Source: the human T2T-CHM13v2.0 reference genome, Homo sapiens. Taken from it: 64,000 nt of DNA. Made by a program: the position numbers and the translations under genes. The notes under the pieces were generated by a model that was not told the origin of the DNA, did not search any database, and saw nothing but the letters and a program-made list of their open reading frames with translations. The DNA lies in the NCBI RefSeq assembly GCF_009914755.1, contig NC_060926.1. One strand, 5' to 3'. Shown here piece after piece: positions 42,091 through 58,100 of the stretch (position 1 is the stretch's first letter; each line of letters begins with the position of its first letter).

Positions 42091-42471
42091 TGTATTTCTC
42101 AAGTTTGCTCTGGTAACAAAATGACACCCAATCATGGTGACTTGCAACAGCAAACATTCATTTATCATTCCTTCATGTTACCAGAGGGCTTGGCTGTGGA
42201 TGTTCTGCAGGTCCTGGGATCTGCTCCTCATAGCTTCTCATTCTGGATCTCAGGCTAAAGGAAGGGCCCTGCTCTGGGACATTCCTCTACTCACAGGAAG
42301 GGAAGAGGAGAGGCTGAACCAAACCACCCATCACATTTAACACATTAGTGTGGGTCAGTATAGGACACACCTGTGTATGTTGCATTGACAAAGCAAGTCA
42401 CATGGCCAAGCCCAACATGACTGGGTCAGGGCAGTACACCTGCTTGGCAGGAGAGGAGAGTTATCTACCAT
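42091..42471 (-). mobile_element. MaLR LTR (MLT1I/J-like)
   Basis: CATTGACAAAGCAAGTCACATGGCCAAGCCCAAC; flanks GCCAC/ACCAC. Confidence 0.75.
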
Positions 42472-42591
42472 AACCACCAGTAGCATTTTGGTGTACATAT
42501 CCTTACAGACTTTTCAATACGCAAGAGCATGCGTACATATACACATGCATACTTTTAAAAAATGGGATGACACACGCTGTAAAATTACTTT

Positions 42592-42880
42592 TTTTCTTTT
42601 GAGATAATGTCTCTGTCACCCAGGCTGCAGTGCTGTGGCATGATCAAAGCTCACAGCAGCCTCAACCTCCCAGGTCAGGCGATCCTCCCACTTCAGCCTC
42701 CTGAGTAGGTGGGAGCACAGGTGTGCAACACCATGCCTGGCTAATTTTTGTATTTTTTGTAGAGAAGAGGGTTTCACCCTGTTGTCCAAGCTGGTCTTGA
42801 ACTCCTGGGTTCAAGCTATCTGCCTGCGCTGGCCTCCCAAAGTGCTGGGATTACAGGCGCATGAGCCACCACACCCAGCC
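42592..42880 (-). mobile_element. AluJ
   Basis: TSD AAAATTACTTT at 42581-42591 and 42881-42891. Confidence 0.95.
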
Positions 42881-43169
42881 AAAATTACTTTCTTAAAATT
42901 TTTTTGGTAGACATTTTTCTAGGGCAATATCTTTATTCTTAACTGTTCATTTAGAATTCTTACATTTTCATTTGAATACATAATATTCCACTTTATAGAT
43001 ACATCATAATTTCTCTAACCTGTCCCTGTATTTATGGATATGTAGGCTGTTCTCTTTCTTTCTTTCTATTATAAATAGTCCTGCCATGAACCTCTTTGTT
43101 CATATATCATTGAATACATCATTCAGATAAATTACTAGAAATAAAATCAGTGGAGCATTCAGAATGCAC

Positions 43170-43449
43170 TTTTTTTTGAGACGAGGTCTCACTTGGTCAC
43201 CCGTGCTTGGGTGCAGTGGTGCAATCAAGGCTCACTGAAGCCTCAACCTCCCAGGCTCAGTGATCCTCCCATCTCAGCCTCCTGAGTAGCTAGGACTACA
43301 ATACCTGGCTAATTTTTTAAAAATATTTTTTGTAGAGATGGGGTTTCACCATGTTGCCCAGTTTGGTCACCAACTCCTGGGCTCAAGCAATCTGCCCCCT
43401 CGGCCTCCCAGAGTGCTGGGATTACAGGTGTGAACCACCATGTCCAGCC
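43170..43449 (-). mobile_element. AluJ
   Basis: TSD AGAATGCAC at 43161-43169 and 43450-43458; short internal deletion. Confidence 0.94.
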
Positions 43450-44209
43450 AGAATGCACATTTTCAAGGCTTTTGGTAAATGTTGCAGATTGCGTTCTTGA
43501 AATCTAATTTACACTCCTGCCAAGAGTGACGATTTGTACTTAAAAATAAAAATCTATTTACTCTTCAAGTCCGAGTTTAAATTAAACTTTCCATAACTTG
43601 TTTTCCTAGTAACTCCAGCCAGAATTGATTCTGAACATGGTACTTGAATTTCATAAGTATATGTATTTATTGTCATCTCAATTGTAAGTTTCTGGAGGGC
43701 AGGGACCCTTCCTTGAACTGCTTTATTTTCCCAGAAGGGATTTGCACACTCTCCTGATTCATGCATGCCTGGATAATATTTTGAGTGCTTAACTGTTTTT
43801 TGCCTCCCAGTATTTTTCCCTTTCCTATCACTGTACTTTCTTGTCCCTCTGTTTTCTGATCCCCCATTAGGCAGATCACATGACCTCAGGGGAGGTACAA
43901 GGGGAGAAGATAGGGATGATTGTGCGCAGGCAGTAGCAGAATGCCAGTCTTTCTGGGTTTTGTTTTTAAAAGATGAAAGCCCAGAGTTGGGAGAGAATTC
44001 TCAGGCATAGAAGCAGCAAGAGAGAGCATGGGACTTCTTTCCAGTTTTAGGACTGAGTCCCCCAGAGTGGGGAGGGAGACAGGGGGCTGCCTGGGAGATT
44101 GCACCCTGCTTCCAGGCAGAGCAAAACAAATGCTTCTACAGGCACTGCTTCCTGAGACCAGAAAGCATTGTCTGTAGGAGCATTCAAGCTTGAGCCTCAC
44201 TCTGGCAGC

Positions 44210-44645
44210 CACTGGCAGGAATGGCACTCAGCCTTTGTTTTTTACACTACTTAGTTGTTGTTCCTTCTCCTTCTCCTTCTTCTTCCACCTCCGCCTCCTC
44301 CTTCTCCTCCTCCTCCTCCTCCATATTCCTTCTCCTCCTTATTCCTCTTTCCTCCTTCTTCTTCCTCCTTCTTCTTCCCTCCTCCTCCTTCTTCTTCTTC
44401 TTGAAATCTCCATCATTTGAAACTCAAGAGATTTCACATACAAATCCAAATACCTATCTTCTCTTGAAAAAACCTGGAAGATTCGGTATTGCCAGCCACA
44501 CTCCTGCATGGAAACCCTCACAGGGAGTAAATAGTTGCTGTTCCCTTCAGATGAGTGGGGCACCAGTGCACCTGATTCCCACAGTCCCCTTCGCTATAGA
44601 CGTCCTTCCCCATCTGGCCTTGCTCATGTATAGCCTTGAAGCCTG
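44210..44645. mobile_element. MER102-like hAT transposon containing a simple-repeat expansion
   Basis: CACATACAAATCCAAAT...CTTCTCTTGAAAAAACCTGGAAGAT...CCACAGTCCCC. Confidence 0.6.
44262..44402. repeat. (CCT/CTT)n low-complexity tract
   Basis: Seen directly; gives the poly-S, poly-L and poly-R ORFs. Confidence 0.93.
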
Positions 44646-44976
44646 GTCTGAGCAGCCTCTCAGAAAACTCCTGTGCCCTAGGTATGGATCAGCAACAGCA
44701 GAGCTCCAACCATGTAGCTCACCAGAACTTGTGTGGACAGTTAGGATGAGGATTGGGCGTCCGCTCCCAATGCTTAAATGCCTGAAAGTCTTTCAGACTT
44801 GAGACAACTTTTGGGATAGAGGTAGAGGCCTGAAAATGACTGAGGTTAAGTTTCCTCTCATCACTTTGGGATAAGGCTCAAAATAGAAATGAAATTGTCT
44901 ATGGAAACAAGAGCTCTTCCATTTCTTGTACAGTTGAGCTTGTGATTTAAGAGTCATACCTGTTCATACTTTAAAA

Positions 44977-45088
44977 ATTCATGAAATATTTACCGAGTGT
45001 TTACCATGAGCAGGCACTGTTCAGGCACTTGGGATACAGCTATGAATAAGACAAAACTTCTCTCCTTATGGCGATTACACTCCATTAG
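44977..45088 (-). mobile_element. L2 3' end
   Basis: AAATATTTACCGAGTGTTTACCATGAGCAGGCACTGTTC...GGATACAGCTATGAATAAGACA. Confidence 0.75.
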
Positions 45089-45109
45089 CCCCACTGGAAA
45101 GACAGTCCT

Positions 45110-46658
45110 CCTTTAACTTATCTGAAGCATTTGGTAGAGTTAATGGCTTCCTCTTTGTTAGGACACTTTATTCATTTGGCTTCCAGGATACACACATTCC
45201 TGTTTTCCTCCTCCTCAGTGACTGCTCTTGTCTTTGCTGGTTCCTTTTATTCTTCCTAACCCTTTAACGTTGGAGGTCCCAAGATTTGGTCCTGTATGCA
45301 TCTCTCCTCTTCTCTTATTATACTCACTCTCTTTGGGCTATCATTTATTCTCCCAAATTTAAATAGCATCTATATGCTTAATGACTTTCAAATTTGTATG
45401 TCCAGCCCAGATGACTTCACTGAAGTCAGGACCCCATCTGCTTACTCAGCCTTATCACCTGGATGTCTTGTAGGCATTCCAGACTTGATGTGACCCCCAA
45501 ACTTCTCCAAAAGGCCTGCCCACTCTCTAGCCTTTTCCATCTCAGTTGGTGGCACTTTATCTTTTCAGTTGCTCAGGCCAAGCAACTTGGAGTCATTCTT
45601 GAGGACTCTCTTATACACACCATATCCAGCCTGTCTGCAAAAATTTTTTGACTCTACTTTTAAGATATATCCAGAATCCAACCACATTCAACACATCCCT
45701 TTCTACCACTGAGGTCCAAGCCACCATTCACTCTCACCTAAATTACTGCAGTAACCTCCTTACTGGTCTTTCTGTTTTTGCCCTTGTCCTCTATAGCCTA
45801 TTCTTCGTACAGTACTCAGAGTGATGCTGTTAACACACCCACTATGTCATGTCTCAATCTGTAAAATCTCAGTGGCTTCTCGGTTGCCTTAGGGTAAGAC
45901 CCTGGTAAGGAACCATGTAAGTTCACTATGTCTCTGGGCTCATGGCTGGTCTCTCTCTCTCCTTCCCTCAATCTGCTGTAACCATATGACCTCCTTGCCC
46001 TTCCCCGGGGACCTTGTGTTTTTTGTCCTTTGCCTGAAATCCTCTCCCTTCTGATATCAGAGCTTCTCAGTGAAGGCTTCCCTGACTACTATATTATGAT
46101 TGGACTAACTCATTCCACAAAACTATCTATGCCCCTTCCTTGATTGATTTTCCTCCCATAGCACTTACTAGCACCTAACATATCATGCATTTTACTTATT
46201 TATGTTTAAGTTTTTATCTTTTTAGAGAAGGGGTCTCACTCCATTACCCAGTGGAGTGCAGTGGTGCAATCCTAGCTCACTGGAGCCTCAAATCACTGGG
46301 CTCAGGTGATTCTCCCACCTTAGCCTCCTGAGTAGCAGAGATTACTGAAATGCACCACCATGCCTGGCTAATTTTTAAAAATTTTTGTAGAGAAAGGGTC
46401 TTGCTATGTTGCCTAGGTTGGTTTTTAACTCCTGGCCTAAGGTCATCCTCCTGCCTTGGGCTGCCTCAGCGCTGGGATTATAGGCAGGAGCCGTTGCACC
46501 CAGCCTTATTTATTTTATTAATCTCCTGACTTCCTCCACTAAAATATAAGTTCCCTGAGGGCAGGGTTGTTGTTGTTGTTGTTACTGCTGAGTCCCCAGC
46601 GCCTATGTTGTTGCTCCATAAATATTTGTTGAATGAATGAATAAATAAATGGATGAAT
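45110..46658 (+). mobile_element. L2a-like, about 1.2 kb plus an Alu insertion
   Basis: GTTGCTCAGGCCAAGCAACTTGGAGTCATTCTTGA...TCCAGAATCCAACCAC...ATAAATATTTGTTGAATGAATGAAT tail. Confidence 0.85.
46204..46505 (-). mobile_element. AluJo-like
   Basis: Reverse dimer; TSD TTATTTAT. Confidence 0.92.
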
Positions 46659-46994
46659 CTTAGAGGAAGTCTACCTGAATTAATAATGGGTTACAGGGAG
46701 GAGGTTTGCTTGTCTCTTCTGTACTCATTTATTGTGAACTGACTACGTGTTGGGCCATGTGGTCATTTCTGAGAAAAAAAGAAAAAATAAGACTGTTCCC
46801 TCTCCATTTTTCAAGTTCATGTGGTAACATAGCCCTGCTTACCCAGAATCAGCCTGGAGGTCAAGGCTGGTTTACCTAAGCAGCACTACTTAGGGAGCTG
46901 TGGGGCAAGGGTGTCCTTTTTTTTTTTTTTTTTCCTGAAAATCTAACGCATTACCTCGTGTGCTTCTGAAAACCTTTTTTAGAAATTATGTTTT

Positions 46995-47280
46995 GGCTGG
47001 GCACGGTGGCTCACGCCTGTAATCCCAGCACTTAGGTGGGCGGATCACGGGGTCAAGAGATCGAGACCATCCTGGCCAACATGGTGAAACCCCATCTCTA
47101 CTAAAAATACAAAACTTAGCTGGGTGTTTGTGGCATGTGCCTGTAATCCCAGCTACTCAGGAGGCTGAGGCAGGAGAATCACTTGAACCCGGGAGGTGGA
47201 GGTTGCAGTGAGCTGAGAGCGCCACTGCACTCCAGCCTGGGTGACAGAGCGAGACTCCCTCTCAAAAAAAAAAAAAGAAA
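46995..47280 (+). mobile_element. AluSc-like with a deletion of about 10 bp in the left arm
   Basis: GGTCAAGAGATCGAGACCATCCTGGCCAACATGG; poly-A tail. Confidence 0.94.
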
Positions 47281-48824
47281 TGAGAAAGAGATAAACTTCT
47301 AATTAAGCCAGTTTTACTATTAGAATATCATGTAACTGCTTTGGCAGTTCGGCTTAAGAAAATGAGGTTTTAGCATTACTTTTTAACTTATATCTTTATG
47401 AGCTTTTTTCTCTTTTTTGGGGATAATAGAGATGTGACTGAATTGTACTTTTTGTAAGGAGCAGGCCAGCCAATATTCAAATTTGAATTTTAAAAGGAAT
47501 CTCTTCCTGTCACTACAGCTGTGGATCAAAGGCAGTGTGGAGTAGCAGTAAAATGGTTGATTAAAGATTATTTTACATTGAAATATGTTTTTTCCAAATG
47601 TTATTGTAAAGGAACTGAGGAAAACCCCACAGTCTGTTGAGTGAAAGTAGGACATTTGTTAAGCGTTCACATGGGACTCTGTAATAGGTGAAGTCAAGGT
47701 TCTTAGACAAAAATTGTCAATGTGGGAGGCCCTTATAGTTATAAAAATGATATGGGGTCCTCAACATCCTTCTCGAACATTGAGAGGATCTTGGTCATAC
47801 ATCGTAGGGCGCTCAGAGCATTGTCTGCTAGTAGAGGGGTTGGAATGGACAACTGTGCAGAGAGACTGCTATTGCTGGAGAATCAATAGGCACAATGGGA
47901 GATAAGTACGTCTTCTATACTAAGGAATTCTAGATACTAATGATTTTGCAATAACATGAAAAACAAATCAGAAACAAACAGAAAAGAAAATTCTCTCTCT
48001 CTCTGGGAAAACCACCGCATTAGGCTTTTTCACCATGATTTTCCATGATTATATATGAAAGATTCTCTAGTATTTAATGGGAAAAAAGAAAACTTCTGGA
48101 GACCCAGGAAGAGTTTTGGTGGAAAAGACTAACAGAGGTTTTAATCTCGAGCTCTGGGAGGTGTCTCGCCTCTTTAAGTAGAAGCAGATTTGATATCATT
48201 CCTTTAATTAAAACCATCTGATGCACAAAATCCCTTCTCAATTGCCCTAGATAACTTATTTTCCAACTCCACCTTCAAATGGTTTGTCTTCCAATGAAGC
48301 GTGTTATCGTTTATTCAAATGACTGATAACCCAAGAGTCGTGAATAATGGAAAAATGACAAAACTTGCTATACATAATCAGTTGGCAAAGGAAGGAGAAA
48401 TAACAGCTGCTTAACTGTTATAACATATATTTTTAAACTGAGCTTGTAAGTCAGTGTAACTGCCAAGTCACAGATTTTTTTCAGTAATCTCAAGATGGCT
48501 TAAAGCCATACAGATAGGAGTTTGTTGGTGGCTTTCTTCTACCCCGAGCTCTTGTCTTTGGAAATATTGGGCAGGGAGAAAGGGTGCTTTTAGAACCGAG
48601 CTGTTCAGGGTCCCAGATCCTCTAATGTAATGCCAGCTGAACCCAGACAGTGACTTCCACCTCCATGAATGCAGGTAGGCACTGATACAGGAAAAATTCA
48701 ATGTTCTCCTGAAAAGTTGATTGGCAGTCAAATTAAGGTAAATTAAAATAAATACTCAATGCAATAATGGAGCTCGATCTTTATAGAACTCTATGAGTAA
48801 TCATTTTGCAAGATCAGGATTTCT

Positions 48825-49010
48825 TGGAGAAGCATGCTGATTCAAGTGACTTAAGCTGGAATTCCAGCTCTACCCCTTATGGCTTTGTGAATGTTGTTAA
48901 GGGATGTAACCTTAAGGAATCTGTCTTCTCACCTATAAAATTAACATGTATTAATAAAATCTGATTGGGGAGATTCTATTAAAATGAGTTAATGAATATA
49001 TAAGTGATTT
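48825..49010 (+). mobile_element. MIR fragment
   Basis: GAATTCCAGCTCTACC...TCTTCTCACCTATAAAA...ATTAAAATGAGTTAATG. Confidence 0.55.
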
Positions 49011-49014
49011 GCTT

Positions 49015-50740
<1,726 letters not shown>

Positions 50741-52854
50741 TTTTAAACTTTTGTTTTAAAGTTTAAAACTCCTGTTTTAAGTTCAGGGGCACACATGCAA
50801 GTTTGTTATATAGGTAAACTTGTGTTATGAGAGTTTGTTGTACTGATAATTTCATTACCCAGTATTAGACCAAGTGCCCACTAGTTGTTTTTCCTGATCC
50901 TTTCCCTCTTCCCATCCTCCAACCTTTGGTAGGCCCTAGTGTCTGTTGTTACCCTCTATGTGTCCATGTGTTCTCATCATTTAGCTCCTACTTATAAATG
51001 GGAACATGTGGTATTTGGTTTTCTGTATATGTGTTAGTTTGCTAAGGGTAATGGCCTCCAGCTCCATCCATGTTCCTCCAAACGACATTATCTCCTTTTT
51101 ATGGCTGCATAGTATTTCAAGGTATATATATATCATGTTTTCTTTATCCAGTCTACCATTGATGGACATTGAGGTTGATTCCATGTCTTTGCTATTGTGA
51201 ATACTGCTGCAATGAACACACATGTGCATGTGTCTTTATGACAGAACAATTTATATTCTTTTGGGTATATACTCAGTAATGGGATTGCTAAGTCAAATGG
51301 TAGTTCTGTTTTTAAGTCTTTGAGGAATCACTACACTGATTTCCACAATGGTTGAACTAATTTTACACTACCACCAACAGCGTATAAGGGTTCCTTTTTC
51401 TCTGCAACCTCAGTAGCATCTGTTATTTTTTGACTTTTTAATCATAGCCATTCTGACTGGTGTGGGATGGTATCTTATTGTGGTTTTGATTTGCAATTCT
51501 CTAATGATCAGTGATGTTGAACTATTTGTCATATGCTTGATAGCCACATTTATGTGTTCTTTCGAAAAATATTTGTTCATGTCTTTGCCCACTTTTTAAT
51601 GGGGTTATTAGTTGATTTGTTTAAGGTCCTTATAGGTTCTGGGTATTAGCCCTTTGTCAGATGCATAGTTTGTGAATATTTCCCCCCATTTTGTAGGTTG
51701 TTTATTCTGTTGATAGTTTCTTTTGTTGTGTAGAAGCTCTTTAGTTTAATTAGGTTCCACTTGTCAATTTTTATTTTTGTTGCAATTGCTTTTGAGGGCT
51801 TAGTCATAAATTCTTTGCCTAGGCTGATGTCCAGAAGGGTATTTCCTAGCTTTTCTTCTAGGATTTTTATAGTTTGAGGTTATACATTTGTATTTAATCC
51901 ATCTTGAGTCAATTTTTGTATATATGATGATAGGTAGGGGTCCAGTTTCTGGTTAGCCAGTTTTCCCAGCACCATTTATTGAATAGGGAGTCCTTTCTCT
52001 GTTGCTTATTTTGTTGACTTTGTCAAAGATCAGTTGGTTGGAGGTGTGCAGCTGTATCTCTAAGTTCTCTATTCTCTTCCAGTGGTCTACATGTCTATTT
52101 TTGTACTAGTACCATGCTGTTTTGGTTGCTGTAGCCTTGTAGTATAGTTTGAAGTCAGGTAATGTGATACCTTTGGCTTTGTTCTTTTTGCTTAGGATTG
52201 GCTTGGCTGTTCATACTCTTTTTTGGTTCTAATGAATTTTAGAATTTTTTTCTAATTTGGTGAAAAATGACATTTTGATATGAATAGCACTTGATGTGAA
52301 TAGCATTGAATATCATAATTTGATATGAATAGCACTGAATCTGTAGATTGCTTTGGGCAGTATGGCCATTTTAATGATATTAATTCTTCCAATCTATGAG
52401 CATGAAATCCTTTTCCATTTGGTTGTGTCATCTCTGATTTCTTTTAGCAATGTTTTGTAGCTCTCCTTGTGGAGATCTTTCACCTTCTTGGTTAAATGTA
52501 TTCCTAGGTATTTTATTCTTTTTTGGGATATTGTAAATGGGATTGTGTTTTTGATTTAGGTCACAGCTTGAGTATCATTGGTAAAAAGAAATGCTAATTT
52601 TTGTTTATGGATTTTGTAACCTAAAACTTTAGTAAAGTTGTTTATCGGGTCTATGAGCCTTTTGTTGGACTCTTTAGGGTTTCCTAGGCGTAGAATCATG
52701 TAATTGGTGAAGACAGATAATTTGACTTCCTCTTTTCCTATTTAGATACCTGTTATTCCTTTCTCTGGCCTGATTGCTCGGGCTAGGACTTCCAGTACTA
52801 TGTTGAATAGGAGTGGTGAGAGTGGACTTCCATCCTTGTCTTGTTTCAATTCTT

Positions 52855-54224
<1,370 letters not shown>

Positions 54225-55097
54225 TTATTATTTTAAGGTAACTTCCTTTGATGCCTAGTTTCTTAAGGGTATTTGTCATGAAGGGATGTTGGATTTTAAC
54301 AAAAAGCTTTTTCTGTGTATATTCAGCTGATCATATGGTTTTTGTTTTTAATTATGTTTATGTGTTGAATCCCATGTATTGATTTGTGTATGTTGAACCA
54401 ACCTTGCATCCCAGGAATGAAGCATACTTGATCATGGTGAATTAACTTTTTCAAGTGCTGCTGTATTCAGTTTGCTAGTATTTTGTTGAGAATTTTTGTA
54501 TCTATGTTCATCAGGGATACTGGCCTGTAGTTTCCCTTATTTGTTGTTCTTTTGCCAGATTTTGGTATCAGGATGATACTAGTTTCAAAGAATGAGTTAG
54601 GAAGGAGTCCCTCCTTTATGTTTTGGAATAGTTTCAGTAGGATTGGTACTAGATGTTCCTTGTATATAGGGTAGAATTCGGCTGTGAATCAATCTGGTTG
54701 AGGGCTTTTTATTGGTTGGTAGTTTTAAAAAAATATTATAATTCAATTTCAGAACTCATTATTGGTCTGTTCAAAGTTTTGGGAGTTTGTATGATTTCAG
54801 GAATTTGTCCATTTCCGCTATAGTTTTTAGTTTGTGTGCATAGAAGTGTTCATAATAGTCTCTGAGGATCTTTTGTATTTTTGTGGGGTTGGTTGTAATG
54901 TCACCTTTGTCATTTCCAGTTGTGCTTATTTGGATCTTCTTTCTTTTTTTCCTTTTTAATCTAGCTAGCAGTCCATCACTCTTATTTATCCTTTCAAAGA
55001 ATCAATTTTTCATTTTGTTGATCCTGTTTGGTTCTTTGGATCTCAATTTTGCTTGGTTCTTCTCTGATTTTAGTTATTTATTTTCTTCTGCTGGCTT

Positions 55098-55811
55098 AAA
55101 TAAAAACTTAAGTGGCTCTTTCTTGGGGGGTTATCCATCACCTCATGTATTTATTCTTTGTGGTAGAAACAATCCAAATATACTCTTTTAGTTATTCAAA
55201 AATGTACAATTAAAATCTTTTTGACTATAGTCACCTTATTAGGTCTTATTCATTCTTTCTAACTATTTTTTTGTACACAGTAACCATCTCCACATTTCCC
55301 TCAGGCCTCTACTACTCTTACCAGCCTCTGGTAACCATCCTTCTATTTTCTATCTCCATGAGTTCAATTGTTTTAATTTTTAGCTCCCATAAGTAAGTGA
55401 GAACATGTGAAATTTGTCTTTCTATGTCTGGCTTATTTCACTTAACACCATGACCTCCAGTTCTATCCATGTTATTGCAAATGACAGGATCTTGTTCTTT
55501 TTTATGGCCAAATACTACTCCATTGTGTATATGTGCCACATTTTCTTCATTCATTCATCTGTTGATTAATACTTAGGTTGCTTCCAAATCTTGGCTATTG
55601 TGAATAGTGCTGCAATAAACATGGGAGTGCAGATATCTCTTTGATACACTGATTTCCTTTCTTTTGGGTATGTGCCTAGGAATGCGATTGCTGGATTATC
55701 TGGTAGCTCTATTTTTAGTTTTTTGAGGAACCTCCTCCAAATTGTTTTCTATAGTGGTTGTACTAATTTACCTTCCCACCAACAGTATATGAGGGTTCCT
55801 TTTTCTCCTCA
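55098..55811 (-). mobile_element. L1MA2/3-type 3' fragment lacking its terminus and poly-A, inserted in the L1PA13-16
   Basis: TATCCATCACCTCA...AAACAATCCAAATATACTCTTTTAGTTATT; TSD TCTTCTGCTGGCTT (55084-55097)/TCTTCTGCTAGCTT (55812-55825). Confidence 0.85.
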
Positions 55812-56439
55812 TCTTCTGCTAGCTTTGGGATTAGTTTGTTCTTGTTTTTCTAATTTTTTTAGGTGCAATGTTAGACTGTTAATTTGAGATATTTCTATCT
55901 TGTTGATCCAGCATTTAGCGCTATAACCTTTCCCCTTGACACTGCTTTTGCTGCATCCCAGAGACATTAGTATGTTGTATCTCTGTTTTCATTCGTTTTA
56001 AAGATTTTTTTGATTTCTGCCTTAATTTTGCTGTTTACCCAAAAGTCATTCAGGAGCAAGTTGATTAGTTTCCACAGCATCGTGTGGTTTTGAGAGTTCC
56101 TCTTGGTATTGATTTCTATTTTTATTCCACTGTAGGCTGAGGATATGCTTGGTATGATTTTGATTTTTCTGAATTTATTAAAACTTATTTTGTGACCAAA
56201 CATATGGTCAGTCTTAGAGTGTGTTCTATATGTAGATGAGAAGAATATATATTTTGTGCTTGTTGGCTGGAATATTCTGTAGATGTTTATTAGGTTCAAT
56301 TGGTTGAATTTTGAATTTAAGTCTAGAATTTCTTTATTAGTTTTCTGCCTCAGTGATCTGGCTAATGCTGTCAGTGGGGGATTGATGTCCTGTACTATTA
56401 TTGTGCAGTTGTTTGTCTTTTCATAGGTGAAAAACTTCC

Positions 56440-58100
56440 ACTCTATTTCTGACTGTGAACTATGTAGAAAATATGAATTGTCTGCTGTTTAAAGGTTTGA
56501 TAAAGTTTGCTTTAAAGCCTTTGGGGCATTTTTCTTGTGGCTAGATCTTTACTGATCAATTTGAAACTTTATATAGGATTTTACTGGCTTTCTATTTTTT
56601 CATTAGCCAGTGTTGGCAATTTATAGTTTTCTAGAATTTTCATTTAAGTTTCACCTTTATTGACGTAAAGTTTTATACAATATACTAATGTTTTTAAAAA
56701 ATCCTCATTCTATCTATAGTTATATCCCTTTTTTTGTTCTTAGTATTGTCTATATATTCCTTTTTTCCTTAATCAATTTTCCGGAGATGTGTATTTCCTT
56801 TGTGTGTTTTTTCTCCAAAGAATCAGTTTTTTGTTTTGCTGATTGATTCTGTCTTTGTTTTCTTTTCTGCTTTTATATTTATTTATTTATTTTTATTTTA
56901 TTTTAGTTTTTTTTTAGAAGTGGAAGTCTCACTATATTGCCCAGGCTGGTCCTGAACTCCTGGCCTCAAGTAATCCTCCCGCTTAGCCTCCTGAGTAGCT
57001 GGGATTACCGGTGGATGCCATCATTTCCAGCTTACTTTCTATTTAACATTTCCTTTAAACTTACTTACACTGTTGTTCTTCTCACTTCTTGAGTTGCTGG
57101 GCTTGTTAATTTTCTGTCTTCTTTCCCTCCAACACATGCATTTAAAGGTATACATATTTTGTCTTAAAGCATACTTACACTACGTCTTACACATTTTATG
57201 TTATGTTTTCATTCTTATTTATTTGCAAGTATTAAACATTTCCATTATTATTTCTTCATAAACTGCAACTGATGTAGAGTCATGTTTGTATATTTCCAAA
57301 TGCATATTTTGACCTTGTAGTTGTTGGTTTTTAATTTTATTGCATTTTATAATCAGTTTAATGCTGTTATTTTGACTCTTAGATTTCCCTTTTTTTAATC
57401 TACTTCTAGTTCCTAATTGAGCCTGTTGTCATGTCTGTTGGTTTTGTTTTGTTGCAAATAATTTCTAAGCATTGGCTGTATTTTTGATTGTGAGCTCATC
57501 TTCAGTTTGACATTTTCCATGGGCCTTCTATGAGGTTTGAACATTTCTCTTTAGGGTATTTTGCATTTATTTCTACCAGAAGCCCCAGGGTTTCAATAGT
57601 GCAAGACCTATTTTTATGTTAATTTCTCAGTTTATTATTTATCTTACAGGTAGTATAAATCTGACCCCCTACATTTACCTGTCATGGGTTTGAGAATTTT
57701 ATTTCTTTTCACATGAACTTTCTCTCCTTCCCAGAGCCCTTATAGATTACAAGATCTCCTACTGCTTGCCTGGACTGGAGAGAGGTTACCTTTCTGGAGT
57801 CCTAGTTTTGCAGGAAATTCAGTTCCAGCTTCTTTCCTCTCAGCCTCTCAGGGGATCAGAAAAGTGCCTTATGTTCCTGGGAAGATGTTGAAATTCCAGC
57901 CCCAACCAGTATACCCCCTGAGTGATTGAGACCTCTGCTTACATGCTTGCTACTCTAGTTTTGAATAACTGTTCATTTCTGTAATTCCTCTTTGAGATCG
58001 GCCATATATTAAGAATGGTTTTGGTTATATTATCAAGTTTCTAATTTTTCAAGAGAAGGAAAGGATGTACTGTCTGATCAGGCAAACTTATTGGTATTAC
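56440..58100 (-). mobile_element. Ancient L1M fragments (probable continuation of the host L1ME)
   Basis: T-rich L1 antisense sequence (CTCCAAAGAATCAGTTTTTTG, CATGCATTTAAAGGTATA). Confidence 0.5.
56872..57032 (-). mobile_element. FLAM
   Basis: T-rich tail plus a single Alu monomer in reverse. Confidence 0.85.

Larger units (their letters stand above)
41950..43530 (-). mobile_element. Ancient L1ME 3' fragment hosting MLT1 and two AluJ
   Basis: GATAGCCAC|CAGTAGCATTTTGGTGTACATATCC...CATAATATTCCAC...TAATTTACACTCCTGCCA. Confidence 0.6.

Noticed and set aside
44190-44802. 193-aa Ser/Phe/Leu-rich ORF
   Set aside because: Translation of a CCT/CTT repeat plus MER102-like sequence
44977-46658. Oppositely oriented L2 3' ends as a microRNA hairpin
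   Set aside because: The tails point outward and are about 1.6 kb apart, unlike the juxtaposed tail-to-tail L2 pairs that form microRNA hairpins
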